A stretch of DNA of 64,000 nt from an uncultured Gammaproteobacteria bacterium (lineage in GTDB: Bacteria; Patescibacteriota; Patescibacteriia; VMEV01; CAZAJQ01): the NCBI GenBank assembly GCA_964485795.1, contig CAZAJQ010000002.1, forward strand, positions 65,043 to 129,042, read 5' to 3'. The translations under genes were made by a program, and so were the position numbers. Positions 10,240 to 20,520 of the stretch are shown piece after piece. Each line of letters begins with the position of its first letter. Position 1 is the first letter of the stretch. Under the pieces are notes generated by a model. That model ran no database searches, was not told the origin of the DNA, and saw only the letters and a list, made by a program, of their open reading frames with translations.

Positions 10240-10646
10240 ATCCGTAAGGTCGCTCTCGCCCGCTTAAACGCATCGTAATCTTCGATATAGTCCGATCGAT
10301 CCGGTCGGTATGTTGTGGACGAAAGCGCGACAAGGATCGCGTCAGAAGAAAAATTTTTAAAATGATGCCAGACATAGTTGCCGATCAAAATGGCTTCCGC
10401 TCCGGCGTTCAACGGGATATCCTGCAGTCCTTTGCCGGCGTCCAGCTCGGCCGTTGCGCTTCCCTGAATCAAAAAAAAGAGCTCTTGCTCTTCTCGATGG
10501 CAATGAGCCCCGGTCGGCGCTTGCGGACATACGATCCAATACACTCGCAATATCGGGAAATCAACGTATTCAGCAAGCTCCATGGGATGCAATGTGTATC
10601 GTGGCGTATCAACTCGACGTATCGGAAAAACTCGAAACGATGTCAT
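10236..10646 (-). CDS. FdtA/QdtA/WxcM-like cupin (dTDP-sugar 3,4-ketoisomerase family)
   Basis: FPILRVYW…TGAHCH…VWHHFKNFSSDAILVALSS…DYIEDYDAF. Confidence 0.8.
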   Translation of the reverse strand: MTSFRVFPIRRVDTPRYTLHPMELAEYVDFPILRVYWIVCPQAPTGAHCHREEQELFFLIQGSATAELDAGKGLQDIPLNAGAEAILIGNYVWHHFKNFSSDAILVALSSTTYRPDRSDYIEDYDAFKRARATLRI

Positions 10647-11704
10647 AGCGTTTGTGAAACCATCATCATGTCGCTGGAGCGTTTCAGCGATTGCTGAAAC
10701 GCATTCATTTCATGCTCCTTTTTGGTAATGATATTGTGCACCCATGCTGAATTTGACCGATACCATTCGATGGTGTCTTGCAATCCTTCAAGAAAATTTT
10801 TCGCATGGTACTTCGGCTTCCATCCGAGGCTTTCCATTTTCCGCGGATCAATCGCATACCGACGATCATGACCGGGCCGATCCGTCACATACTCGATGCT
10901 TTCTTCGGATCGTTTCATGAGAGCCAGTATCATGCGCGTCAATTCGATATTGCTTCTTTCGTTATCGGCGCCGATATTATACACTTCCCCGTCTTTTCCC
11001 TTTTCCAAAAGCATATCGAGCGCCTCGCAATGATCCTCCACATGGATCCAATCGCGGACATTTTTCCCGTCCCCGTACACCGGCACTTTTTCCCCATTGA
11101 GCAATTTGCAAACAAAAAAAGGAATGAGCTTTTCCGGAAATTGATATGGCCCGTAGTTGTTTGAACAATGCGTCACGATCACGGGTACCCGATGCGTGGC
11201 GACATACGCGCGACACATGAGATCTCCTCCGGCCTTAGCCGCAGCATATGGCATATTCGGCGCAATGGGTGAATCTTCGGTAAACGCGTCATCGCTTTCG
11301 AGGGGCAGTGAACCATACACCTCATCCGTGGAGACATTGATCATGCGCGAAATGCTCTTTTCGCGCACCAGGTCAAGAAGCATTTGCACCCCCAATGTGT
11401 TCGTCAGCACAAAATCGCGGCAACTGACATGGATGGAGCGATCCACATGCGTTTCTGCCGCAAAATTGATGATATGCGTGATGCGGTGTTTTTCCGCAAC
11501 GCTTCGCAGCAATGCGATATCCGTAATATTTCCCCGCACAAAGGTATAACGAGGATCATTTTCTACGGCTGAAAGATTTTCGAGGTTGGCCGCATACGTC
11601 AAACAATCGTAATTGACGATACGACGATCCTGATGGCGCCTCAAAGACGCGAGAATGAAATTTGAGCCTATAAAACCCGCTCCCCCGCAAACGAGAAGAT
11701 TCAT
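10643..11704 (-). CDS. rfbB: dTDP-glucose 4,6-dehydratase
   Basis: GGAGFIGSNF, AAETHVDRS, STDEVYG, NNYGPYQFPEKLIP, DRPGHDRRY. Confidence 0.96.
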   Translation of the reverse strand: MNLLVCGGAGFIGSNFILASLRRHQDRRIVNYDCLTYAANLENLSAVENDPRYTFVRGNITDIALLRSVAEKHRITHIINFAAETHVDRSIHVSCRDFVLTNTLGVQMLLDLVREKSISRMINVSTDEVYGSLPLESDDAFTEDSPIAPNMPYAAAKAGGDLMCRAYVATHRVPVIVTHCSNNYGPYQFPEKLIPFFVCKLLNGEKVPVYGDGKNVRDWIHVEDHCEALDMLLEKGKDGEVYNIGADNERSNIELTRMILALMKRSEESIEYVTDRPGHDRRYAIDPRKMESLGWKPKYHAKNFLEGLQDTIEWYRSNSAWVHNIITKKEHEMNAFQQSLKRSSDMMMVSQTL

Positions 11705-12111
11705 ACAAAGGCTTGCATTATTTTTGCCGCCACAGCTTCCATTTCACCTTTCGCATACTTTTTCCCCTTCCAGAGCTGATAACCGTCCGAGGCTTTTCTC
11801 GGCATAACATGAATATGCATATGAAACACGACCTGTCCGGCCGCCGAACCGTTGTTGATGCCGATATTCACTCCCTCATAGCCAAACGCCGAAAGAACCG
11901 CAGCGGCAATCCTTTGCGACTGTATCACGGTATGGGAGAGGACATCCTTGGGGGTCGAAATGAAATCAGGATAATGTGTCTTTGGCACCACCAAAGTATG
12001 ACCGATATTGACCGGAGAAATATCCAAAAAAGCCATCACGATATCGTCCTCGTACACCAAAGCTTTTGGCAATGCGCCGCTGATGATTTTACAAAAAATG
12101 CAGTCGTTCAT
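11701..12111 (-). CDS. HIT family nucleotide hydrolase
   Basis: CIFCKI, GHTLVVPK, AGQVVFHMHIHVMPR. Confidence 0.95.
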   Translation of the reverse strand: MNDCIFCKIISGALPKALVYEDDIVMAFLDISPVNIGHTLVVPKTHYPDFISTPKDVLSHTVIQSQRIAAAVLSAFGYEGVNIGINNGSAAGQVVFHMHIHVMPRKASDGYQLWKGKKYAKGEMEAVAAKIMQAFV

Positions 12112-13358
12112 AATTTCAATTCCTCTTCGATGGCCATAAGGCGATTGTACTTTTCCACGCGTTCGGATCTCGAAAGCGATCCTGTCTTGATATAGTCGGC
12201 ATTGACCGCGCAGGCGAGATCAGCAATGAAGTCATCTCCGGTCTCACCCGAACGATGCGAAACAATCACCTGGTAATGATGTTTTTTGGCCAGCATGATG
12301 GCATCGATGGTTTGGGACAAACTTCCAATCTGATTGACCTTTATGAGAATAGCATTCGCCACTTTCATGTCAATCCCGGTTTGCAGGCGCTTGACATTGG
12401 TAACAAAAAGATCGTCTCCCACGAGCGCCGCACGATCGTGGACGACCTTGGTCAATGCTTGCCATGAATCCCAATCGTCCTCGGCCAGCGGATCTTCCAA
12501 AACTTCAAACGGATATTTGGAAAGCCAACGTTCTATGGTATCCATAAGTTTGTCGGCTTCCCACCATATGCCCTTTTTGGCGAATTCGTACTTATTTTTA
12601 TTGTAAAATTCCGACGCAGCAAAATCGCATCCCAAAAAAACATCATGACCGGCCTGATACCCCGATTTCGCTATAGCATCCAGCAGAAGCTTCACCACCG
12701 CTTCATTGTCTTTGGGCCCGTCCGCAAAACCTCCTTCATCGCCGACAAGCGTCAAAAAACCTTTTTTTGCAAGCAGACTTTTGAGGGTATGAAAAATTTC
12801 CGCACCCATGCGAACGCGATCACGGAAACGCTTTGCATGGGGAATAATCATAAATTCCTGAATAGACAACCCGTTATTCGCGTGTTTGCCGCCGTTGAAA
12901 ATATTCATGGTTGCCAGCGGCATGACAAATTTTTTTTCCGAAATGCCATACACCTCTCGCATCCAGCGATACAAGGGCTTTTTTTGAGCGAGCGCTGCGG
13001 CTCGCACGCATGCCATCGACACCGCCAAAATCGCATTGGCACCCAGCGATGATTTATTTTCGGTCCCGTCCAAATCGATCATGGCTTGGTCGATGTCGCG
13101 CTGCTTTCGGCTGTCCATTCCGATCAACTTTCTCAAAATGCGCGTTTCTATGTGTTTGCAGGCTTTTTGAACGCCTTTCCCATGGTATCGCTCGGGATCA
13201 CCATCGCGCAGCTCAAGAGCCTCGTGTATACCGGTGGAAGCTCCTGAAGGAACGGAAGCGTCCGCAGAAACTCCGCTTGAGAGCGTGACGCTGCATAAAA
13301 CCGTCGGATTGCCGCGAGAATCCAATATCTCACGAGCTTGAAAATTTTTTATTTTCAT
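12108..13358 (-). CDS. eno: Enolase
   Basis: AREILDSRGNPTV, VPSGASTG, GDEGGF, VGDDLFVTN, SHRSGET; ATG 13358 preferred. Confidence 0.98.
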   Translation of the reverse strand: MKIKNFQAREILDSRGNPTVLCSVTLSSGVSADASVPSGASTGIHEALELRDGDPERYHGKGVQKACKHIETRILRKLIGMDSRKQRDIDQAMIDLDGTENKSSLGANAILAVSMACVRAAALAQKKPLYRWMREVYGISEKKFVMPLATMNIFNGGKHANNGLSIQEFMIIPHAKRFRDRVRMGAEIFHTLKSLLAKKGFLTLVGDEGGFADGPKDNEAVVKLLLDAIAKSGYQAGHDVFLGCDFAASEFYNKNKYEFAKKGIWWEADKLMDTIERWLSKYPFEVLEDPLAEDDWDSWQALTKVVHDRAALVGDDLFVTNVKRLQTGIDMKVANAILIKVNQIGSLSQTIDAIMLAKKHHYQVIVSHRSGETGDDFIADLACAVNADYIKTGSLSRSERVEKYNRLMAIEEELKL

Positions 13359-14316
13359 AGGTTCCCGGATAAAGTGTTTCAATGATTTTTTTCAAAACAT
13401 TAGCCGATGAGCGAAAGGCTTTTTTTTCACCCGCGTTCATGGGTACCAAAAGCTTACTTTTGATCCCTGCGCGATTCACGATACAGGGAACGCTCACGCA
13501 AACGCCGGATACGCCGGCATAGTCGGAAACATAGGCTGAAAGGGGGAGAATGTCGTTTTTGTCCTGCATCACGGCCTGCGCGATACGCTTCACCGCCGAA
13601 CCGATGCCGTACATGGACGGCACTCCGGATCTGATGATATCATACGCGGCGTTTCTGGCATTCATGAATGCGGCATCCGTCGCTTGCTTGGTATATGATT
13701 TCATTTTTTGCAAAGGAATTCCTCCCGCCTGCGCCGAACTCCACACCGGAAATTCCGAATCTCCATGCTCACCGAGGATATACGCGGAAATATCATGAAG
13801 GTTGACGTCAAGTCGCTTGCCAAGCTCAAAACGCAAACGCGCCGAATCAAGCACGGTTCCGCTCCCAAAAATCCGATGCGCGGGATACCCCGATTCGCGT
13901 AAAGCAATATAGGTAAGCACGTCCACGGGATTGGAAACCATGACAATGATCGCCTCGGTGGTATGGCGGCAAATTTCATGCATGATGGAAGCGACGATCG
14001 TCGCATTCGTTTTTATCAAATCAAGTCGACTTTGACCGGGATGCTGCTGCGGCATGCCGGCGGTAATGATGATCATGTCCGCGTCTTCGCATGCGGAATA
14101 ATCATGAGCCGCTTTCAAGTCAATGGCTCGCGTGAACATCATGCCACCCGCAAGATCCAAGGCAAGGCCTTTCGCTTTTTTGAAACTTTTGTCCATGAGA
14201 ACCATTTCGTGCATGAGCTCGTCGTGCATCAGCGCATAGGCGCATGCCGAACCGACATTTCCGCAACCGATGATAACCGCTTTGAGATGATCTTTGTTTT
14301 TTCTTTTTTGAGACAT
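13330..14316 (-). CDS. ldh: L-lactate dehydrogenase (LDH/MDH family)
   Basis: GCGNVG, TAGMPQQHPGQSRLDL (Gln in the specificity loop), SNPVD, LDSARLR, GEHGDS. Confidence 0.85.
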   Translation of the reverse strand: MSQKRKNKDHLKAVIIGCGNVGSACAYALMHDELMHEMVLMDKSFKKAKGLALDLAGGMMFTRAIDLKAAHDYSACEDADMIIITAGMPQQHPGQSRLDLIKTNATIVASIMHEICRHTTEAIIVMVSNPVDVLTYIALRESGYPAHRIFGSGTVLDSARLRFELGKRLDVNLHDISAYILGEHGDSEFPVWSSAQAGGIPLQKMKSYTKQATDAAFMNARNAAYDIIRSGVPSMYGIGSAVKRIAQAVMQDKNDILPLSAYVSDYAGVSGVCVSVPCIVNRAGIKSKLLVPMNAGEKKAFRSSANVLKKIIETLYPGTYENKKFSSS

Positions 14317-14320
14317 ACAT

Positions 14321-15319
14321 TTACAGAGATTTTGCGACAATCTGCGCCATTTCCACCAATCGATGGGAATATCCCCATTCATTGTCATACCACGAGAGAA
14401 TCTTCACAAAGTCGCCGTCAATCACACGCGTCAAACTCAAATCGACGATGGCGGAATATTCGGATCCGATGATGTCGGAAGACACGATCGGATCATTCGT
14501 TACGCTGAGTATGCCGCTATAACGTCGGTTTTCAGAAGCCTCGATAAACGCGCGATTCACTTCGTCTTCCGTGGTTTTGTGCGCAAGCAGGAGCGTAAAA
14601 TCCGACAGAGAACCCGTCATGATCGGCACTCGGAGGGCAAGACCGTCGAATTTGTTTTCCAGCTCGGGAATGATGCGCGTGGTGGACACGGCCGAGCCGG
14701 TGGACGTGGGGATGATATTGCCGGCCGCCGCTCGAGCGCGACGCAAATCCTCATGCGCATTATCATGGAGCCGCTGATCGCTCGTATAGGCATGCACCGT
14801 GGTCATAAACGATTTCAAAACCCCGAATCGACTGTGCAGCACTTCAATCACCGGCGCAATGCAATTCGTGGTGCAGGACGCATTGTCGATGATATCATCA
14901 CCTTTATAATGATCGGAATTCACGCCGAGAATATAGGGCAGCACATCATCTCCCTTGGCGGGAGCGGATATGATCACGCGTTTGGCCCCCGCCGTGAGGT
15001 GCATGGACGCCTGCTCTCGCGAACGAAATACACCCGTGCATTCAAGCACGATATCAATGCCGAGTTTTTTCCATGGCAGCTGCAATGGATCCTTCACATT
15101 GAATACAGGGATCTTTTTCCCGTCGATGATGAGGTTGCTTTCGTCGTGCTCCACCTTGCGGTCATATCTTCCGTATACCGTATCGTATTTCAAAAGATGC
15201 GCGATCGTGGCCGTATCGCTCATATCGTTGATGGCCGCGATGCGCACCTTTTTTTTCACGGCCGCTTTAAAGGTATTACGCCCGATGCGACCAAAACCAT
15301 TGATAGCTATTTTTGCCAT
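14321..15319 (-). CDS. gap: Type I glyceraldehyde-3-phosphate dehydrogenase
   Basis: INGFGRIGR, NASCTTNC, NIIPTSTG, WYDNEWGYS. Confidence 0.98.
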   Translation of the reverse strand: MAKIAINGFGRIGRNTFKAAVKKKVRIAAINDMSDTATIAHLLKYDTVYGRYDRKVEHDESNLIIDGKKIPVFNVKDPLQLPWKKLGIDIVLECTGVFRSREQASMHLTAGAKRVIISAPAKGDDVLPYILGVNSDHYKGDDIIDNASCTTNCIAPVIEVLHSRFGVLKSFMTTVHAYTSDQRLHDNAHEDLRRARAAAGNIIPTSTGSAVSTTRIIPELENKFDGLALRVPIMTGSLSDFTLLLAHKTTEDEVNRAFIEASENRRYSGILSVTNDPIVSSDIIGSEYSAIVDLSLTRVIDGDFVKILSWYDNEWGYSHRLVEMAQIVAKSL

Positions 15320-15385
15320 ACTATGAGTTAATAATGACTTTTATCATACCATGCGCGCTTGCAAAAATTCCAGTCATGAGGAATG

Positions 15386-15410
15386 AAAAAACCCGCCTTT
15401 GCGGCGGGTT
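15386..15410 (-). terminator. Intrinsic terminator after tsf
   Basis: Minus strand AACCCGCC-GCAAA-GGCGGGTT followed by a T run. Confidence 0.75.
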
Positions 15411-15458
15411 GCTGCGAAGCAATCACTTGGATAACCTTCACGGCGATCGATCGCGTTT

Positions 15459-16043
15459 TCAGATCTGAAAACGCGTGAATTTGCCGATATCGATTTTTTC
15501 TCCGAGTATGGAAATTTTTTCGGCCATAAGCTCTTCAACGGTCTTGGCCTCGTCTTTGAAAAAAGTTTGCTTGAGAAGACATACCTCTTCATAATATTTT
15601 TGCATTTTGCCTTCGACGATTTTCGCAAGAATCTCCTGAGACTTGGCGCTTGCGCTGCTTTGTTCGGCGATAATTTGCTTTTCTTTTTCGAGAATATCGG
15701 CTGGAATGTCTTCCGGGCGAACATAAAGCGGAAACGTCGCGACGATCTGCATGGCGATATCATGCGCAAGAGACAAAAACACTTCATTTCGCGCCACAAA
15801 ATCCGTCTCGCATAAAAGCTCAACCATTGCCGCGATTTTCTTGTTGGCATGCACATACTGCCCTATCACTCCCTCTTTGGTGATATGATCGTTGCGTTTG
15901 GAAGCTTTTGCCACTCCATGTTTTCTCAGAATTTCCTCGGCTTTTTCCATCGAATCGCCCGACTCTTTCAAAGCTTTCACGATATCTCCTATGCTCGCTC
16001 CGGTCTTTTTCCGAAGCGCGAGAAGCAATTCTTTTTGACTCAT
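15459..16043 (-). CDS. tsf: Elongation factor Ts (short form)
   Basis: LRKKTGA, EGVI, VELLCETDFVARNE, IAMQI. Confidence 0.96.
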   Translation of the reverse strand: MSQKELLLALRKKTGASIGDIVKALKESGDSMEKAEEILRKHGVAKASKRNDHITKEGVIGQYVHANKKIAAMVELLCETDFVARNEVFLSLAHDIAMQIVATFPLYVRPEDIPADILEKEKQIIAEQSSASAKSQEILAKIVEGKMQKYYEEVCLLKQTFFKDEAKTVEELMAEKISILGEKIDIGKFTRFQI

Positions 16044-16137
16044 AGGTATCTTTCTTTAAAATTTTTAAATCTTATTTGATTTTTTTTTGCGAACTGCGAA
16101 ACGGTCGCTTAACGCGATTTAACTTCAAAAAAAAATG

Positions 16138-16875
16138 TTATGCTTGGGGTTCGGGCATGATTTTTTTGTCATTCCCCGCCACCTTCATCATGTCGGCTTT
16201 GGCTTCAAGAATCGTTTTCGCAATGAATGCGGTAATAAGATCGATGGACTTGATCGCATCGTCATTGGCGGGAATCGGATAATCGACGAGCTCGGGATTG
16301 GCATTGGTATCCACCATCGCAATGATGGGAATCCCCTTTTTTCTGCATTCATCAACGGCGGTCTTTTCGCGCCCAATATCGACAACATAGATCGCACTCG
16401 GAAGCTTATCAAGCATTTCTATGCCACCGATGAAATTATCAAGCCGCCCTATTTCTTTTTCAAATTGCAATTGTTCTTTTTTCGTGTACTTTTTCAATTG
16501 GCCGGATTCTCTTCGCTGCTTGAGATTGCGAAATTTATTTATCAATCGATGGATTTCCGCAAAATTGGTGATCAATCCTCCCAACCAACGATTCGTCACC
16601 GACGGCATTCCGCATTCCTTCGAATACTTTTTGATAATCTCGACGGCCTGCTTCTTCGTGCCCACAAAGAGGATGTTTCCTCCCTCTTTCATCGTATCGC
16701 TCACAAATCGAGAGGCCTTTTCCAAGGCTTTTTGAGTGGATTCGAGATGAATGAGGTGTACCCCGCTTTTGAGCATGAAAATATGGGGTATCATCTTTGG
16801 ATTGCGCTTGGACTTGCGATGTCCGAAATGCACGCCGCTTTTGAGCATGTCTTCCATGCTGGGTATCTGAACCAT
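16138..16875 (-). CDS. rpsB: 30S ribosomal protein S2
   Basis: GVHFGH, FVGTKKQA, RWLGGLITN, DTNANP, PANDDAIKS. Confidence 0.98.
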   Translation of the reverse strand: MVQIPSMEDMLKSGVHFGHRKSKRNPKMIPHIFMLKSGVHLIHLESTQKALEKASRFVSDTMKEGGNILFVGTKKQAVEIIKKYSKECGMPSVTNRWLGGLITNFAEIHRLINKFRNLKQRRESGQLKKYTKKEQLQFEKEIGRLDNFIGGIEMLDKLPSAIYVVDIGREKTAVDECRKKGIPIIAMVDTNANPELVDYPIPANDDAIKSIDLITAFIAKTILEAKADMMKVAGNDKKIMPEPQA

Positions 16876-16960
16876 ATCCTTAATATCCTTTTTCCCTTGT
16901 GTGCAATGACCTCATATGAGGCAGGATAGGCTACCAAGGGAGGGGGGAAAACCCCATGAA
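16876..16960 (-). promoter_or_regulatory. Structured 5' leader of rpsB (candidate autoregulatory RNA)
   Basis: Minus strand GGGG-TTTT-CCCC hairpin, CCCTTG…CAAGGG outer stem enclosing the CCTCATATGAGG palindrome. Confidence 0.45.
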
Positions 16961-17000
16961 AAAGGATAGAATTTAATAATAAATGTATCAAAGATACGTC

Positions 17001-17029
17001 AATGTAACATTTTCATCGTCAAAACGCAA
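17001..17029 (-). promoter_or_regulatory. sigma70-like promoter of rpsB-tsf
   Basis: TTGCGT-N17-TACATT with extended TG. Confidence 0.55.
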
Positions 17030-17095
17030 GTCAACGGCAAAAATTCCAAGCGCCAGAGCAACCGCTAGAAAAAAACTTTTTTTCATACCTTTTTT

Positions 17096-17524
17096 TCACT
17101 TTGACGAATGATCAAAATAGGTTTTTCCAGTTTTATAGGCATCCACAGCCATTGCGCAAAACTCAAACATCGGCTTCGGAAGAGCGTCGAGATCGTACCA
17201 ATTCCATGACTCACACTTCTCTGATTCCAAAACGCTTGGGATGCCGTTTTTCCAGTCAGCCATCAAGCCGATATGAACATAATGCTTCGGGGCATACGAG
17301 ACAACGTTCGCCACAAATTGAAACCTCACATTTTGAATCTCAATGCCGCATTCCTCCATGGTTTCGCGTCGGCCACAATGTTCAAATGTCTCGAGATAAT
17401 CAAGATGTCCGCCTGGAAACGAATATTCCCCGGATCCATGCGATCCTTTTCTTTTGCCAAGAAGAATTTTCACATCTTTGAAAATCATCACTCCCACGCC
17501 AACCTTAGGTTTTTGTTCTTCCAT
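17096..17524 (-). CDS. NUDIX hydrolase (MutT/NUDT15-like)
   Basis: PKVGVGV…LLGKRKGSHG…PGGHLDYLETFEHCGRRETMEECGI. Confidence 0.92.
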   Translation of the reverse strand: MEEQKPKVGVGVMIFKDVKILLGKRKGSHGSGEYSFPGGHLDYLETFEHCGRRETMEECGIEIQNVRFQFVANVVSYAPKHYVHIGLMADWKNGIPSVLESEKCESWNWYDLDALPKPMFEFCAMAVDAYKTGKTYFDHSSK

Positions 17525-17549
17525 ATGAATGTTTCTTTTTAAAAAAAAC

Positions 17550-20294
17550 CTACCTCCCATGACACTTTTTGTATTTCTTTCCGGAACCGCAAGGACACAG
17601 GTCATTTCTTCCGACTTTTGGTACCGATGAAGACGGGGTGGTATCCTGCTGATTCATTTCATCGCTTGATGGAGAAAGATTTTCAGAGGACGATGGAGAG
17701 CGACTCTTGGAATTTGTCTCAATCGATCCCCTTCCCGTTTGCATCGCCTCTTGCGAAAAGACGGCCGGAAGCATATCCAGTCCGACGGCGGTTTTGAAAA
17801 ATCCGTAGGCAATCTGCTTTTGAATGCTTTTTTGGAGAATATGAAACAAACGAAACGACTCTTTCTTGTATTCTATCAATGGATCTCGCTGTCCGTACCC
17901 TCGAAGTCCGATACCCGCACGCAGATGGTCGATGGATTCGAGATGCTCGATCCAAAGCGCATCGATGCTGCGAAGAATGATTTGCCGCAAAATATCAGCT
18001 ATCATGTCCTCCGAAAATCGCAAATCTTCTCTCATGCGCTTCAATAACTCATCGTATGCGTGATCCGAACTTTGCAAAAAAAACTCCAAAATCTCTTTTT
18101 TCGTGTTTTCGACACTCTCTCCATCCATGGCCCTTCGATGAAGGGCTTGCAAACTCTTCCACGCCTCCTCCGGTAAACCATACATGCTTTTTGCGGTTTC
18201 AAAAATTTCCCTGATATTCCAATCATCCGGCCGTTCATCCGAAGTATGAAATGAAACAAAATCCTCGATTTCCTTGTCGATGTTTTCCGATACCATGTCA
18301 AAAAGTAATTCGGGATTTGCAAATGAAAAGAGTAAAATCGTGCGCCTTTTTTTGTAAATGGATTCGCGCTGCTTATTCATGACATTGTCGTATTCCACAA
18401 CATGCTTTCGGATATCAAAGTTGTGAGTTTCAACTTTTTTTTGCGCGGTTTCGATGGATTTTGAAATCAGTTTGTTTTCGATGGGCATATCTTCGGGCAT
18501 ACCGAGACGCTCCATGATGCCCGCGATGCGATCGGATCCGAAAATGCGCATGAGATCATCCTCCATGGAAACATAAAATTGCGAATGACCGGGATCTCCT
18601 TGTCTTCCGGATCTGCCGCGAAGCTGGTTGTCGATACGCCGAGACTCGTGTCTTTGGGTGCCGATGATGCAGAGTCCGCCAAGCCCGCGCACTTCATCGG
18701 CGACGCTTCTGTCATACGGGTGACCGCCGAGGATGATATCCACGCCTCGACCGGCCATATTGGTGGCGATTGTCACGGCTCCTTTTTTTCCCGCTTGGCT
18801 GATGACTTGGGCTTCCCTTTCATGCTGCTTGGCGTTCAAAACATGGTGTTCGATGCCCTGCTCTGAAAAAAGTTTGCTGAGAATTTCGTTTTTTTCGATC
18901 GAAATCGTTCCCACGAGGACGGGCTGGCCTCTTTTTTGCAATTCTTTCACTTCTTCTGCCACGGCTCGAAATTTCCCCATTTCCGTTTTGTAAATACGGT
19001 CGGAGAGGTCCTTGCGTATCATGGGCTGATGCGTCGGAATCACGCGCACTTCCAACCCGTAAATTTTATAAAACTCTTCTTCTTCGGTGATGGCCGTACC
19101 CGTCATCCCCGAAAGCTTCCGGTATTGTTTGAAATAATTCTGAAACGTGATCGTCGCAAGCGTAATGCTCTCCTGCTGTATTTTGACGTTTTCTTTTGCC
19201 TCCAAAGCCTGATGAAGACCTTCCGAATATCGTCTTCCGGGCATCAAACGACCGGTGAATTCATCCACGATCACGACTTCACCGTCTTTGACGATATAAT
19301 CCACGTCATTTTTGAAAACGTACTCGGCTTTGAGCGCCTGTTCGAGATGATGCACGGCCGATATGCCGCTTTCGACGTAAATATTTTCCACGCCGAGCAT
19401 ATTCTCCACCTTGCGGATGCCGTCGTCGGTCAGCGTGGCGGTACGGCGTTTTTCGTCGACGTTGAAATCTCTGTCAATCGAAAGTTTTCGAACCATGTCG
19501 GCAAACTGATGATACTTTTCCGTGGCGTCTTTTGCGGGAGCGGAAATGATCAGCGGCGTGCGCGCTTCGTCGATCAAAATGCTATCCACCTCGTCAACGA
19601 TCGCATAATGAAGCTCTCGCTGCACGATGCGCTCCTTGGAATCGGCCATATTGTCTCGCAAATAATCAAAGCCGAATTCATTGTTCGTCCCGTAGGTGAT
19701 ATCGCATGCATAGGCTTCGCGCCGAGTGCAGGGAACAAGAAAATTCATATCGATTTTTATTCCCTGATCGCGCACCTTATCGGCGGCAGGATCCGTGTTT
19801 TCCTGATATCGAAACGCAGTCGCATGAACGATGCACCCAACGCTCAAACCCAAATATGAAAAAATCTGTCCCATCCACTCGGCGTCGCGTTTTGAGAGGT
19901 AATCATTCACCGTGACGATATGCACCCCTCGTCCGGTCAAGGCGTTCAGATACGCGGAAAGCGTGGCCGCCAGAGTCTTTCCCTCGCCGGTTTTCATCTC
20001 GGCGATATGTCCGCGATGCAAAGCGATGCTGGCCAGCAGCTGCACGTCATAATGACGCTGCGAGAGCGTCCGCTTTGCAGCTTCTCGAACACTTGCAAAC
20101 GCTTCGGGCAATATATCGTCAAGAGCGACGCCATTCGCAATTTTGCGTTTAAAATCCTGCGTTTTCTCACGAAGCTGTTCCCGAGTTAGAGCGGACATCT
20201 CGTTTTCAAACGCATTCATGCGCTCGATAATAGGCTGCCATTTGCGAGCAAATTTCTCGTGCGGATCGCCAAATATTTTCGTATAAAGTGACAT
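17550..20294 (-). CDS. secA: Preprotein translocase ATPase SecA
   Basis: [49 protein letters not shown]-terminal [22 protein letters not shown]. Confidence 0.99.
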   Translation of the reverse strand: MSLYTKIFGDPHEKFARKWQPIIERMNAFENEMSALTREQLREKTQDFKRKIANGVALDDILPEAFASVREAAKRTLSQRHYDVQLLASIALHRGHIAEMKTGEGKTLAATLSAYLNALTGRGVHIVTVNDYLSKRDAEWMGQIFSYLGLSVGCIVHATAFRYQENTDPAADKVRDQGIKIDMNFLVPCTRREAYACDITYGTNNEFGFDYLRDNMADSKERIVQRELHYAIVDEVDSILIDEARTPLIISAPAKDATEKYHQFADMVRKLSIDRDFNVDEKRRTATLTDDGIRKVENMLGVENIYVESGISAVHHLEQALKAEYVFKNDVDYIVKDGEVVIVDEFTGRLMPGRRYSEGLHQALEAKENVKIQQESITLATITFQNYFKQYRKLSGMTGTAITEEEEFYKIYGLEVRVIPTHQPMIRKDLSDRIYKTEMGKFRAVAEEVKELQKRGQPVLVGTISIEKNEILSKLFSEQGIEHHVLNAKQHEREAQVISQAGKKGAVTIATNMAGRGVDIILGGHPYDRSVADEVRGLGGLCIIGTQRHESRRIDNQLRGRSGRQGDPGHSQFYVSMEDDLMRIFGSDRIAGIMERLGMPEDMPIENKLISKSIETAQKKVETHNFDIRKHVVEYDNVMNKQRESIYKKRRTILLFSFANPELLFDMVSENIDKEIEDFVSFHTSDERPDDWNIREIFETAKSMYGLPEEAWKSLQALHRRAMDGESVENTKKEILEFFLQSSDHAYDELLKRMREDLRFSEDMIADILRQIILRSIDALWIEHLESIDHLRAGIGLRGYGQRDPLIEYKKESFRLFHILQKSIQKQIAYGFFKTAVGLDMLPAVFSQEAMQTGRGSIETNSKSRSPSSSENLSPSSDEMNQQDTTPSSSVPKVGRNDLCPCGSGKKYKKCHGR

Positions 20295-20383
20295 GGAGAT
20301 GAGGTTAAAAAATTGATGAAACGCAAGCGTCTCCCAAGCAATATCCCTTCAGATCCGCCATTTCCAGAATCCAAGATGCGGGA

Positions 20384-20412
20384 ATTGTACCCTTGTCGCG
20401 AAAATCGGGCAA
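20384..20412 (-). promoter_or_regulatory. sigma70-like promoter of secA
   Basis: TTGCCC-N17-TACAAT. Confidence 0.6.
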
Positions 20413-20520
20413 GAGTTTTTCGCGAATGCTTTCACTCCACTGACCCAAGGCGGGATTTTCAAGCTCCAATGTCCCAATTTTTTAGAAAAATATCTTCGAA
20501 AAGAGGGATATCCGATAATC

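Noticed and set aside
14363-15331. 322-aa plus-strand ORF
   Set aside because: It is the antisense shadow of gap, a common artefact.
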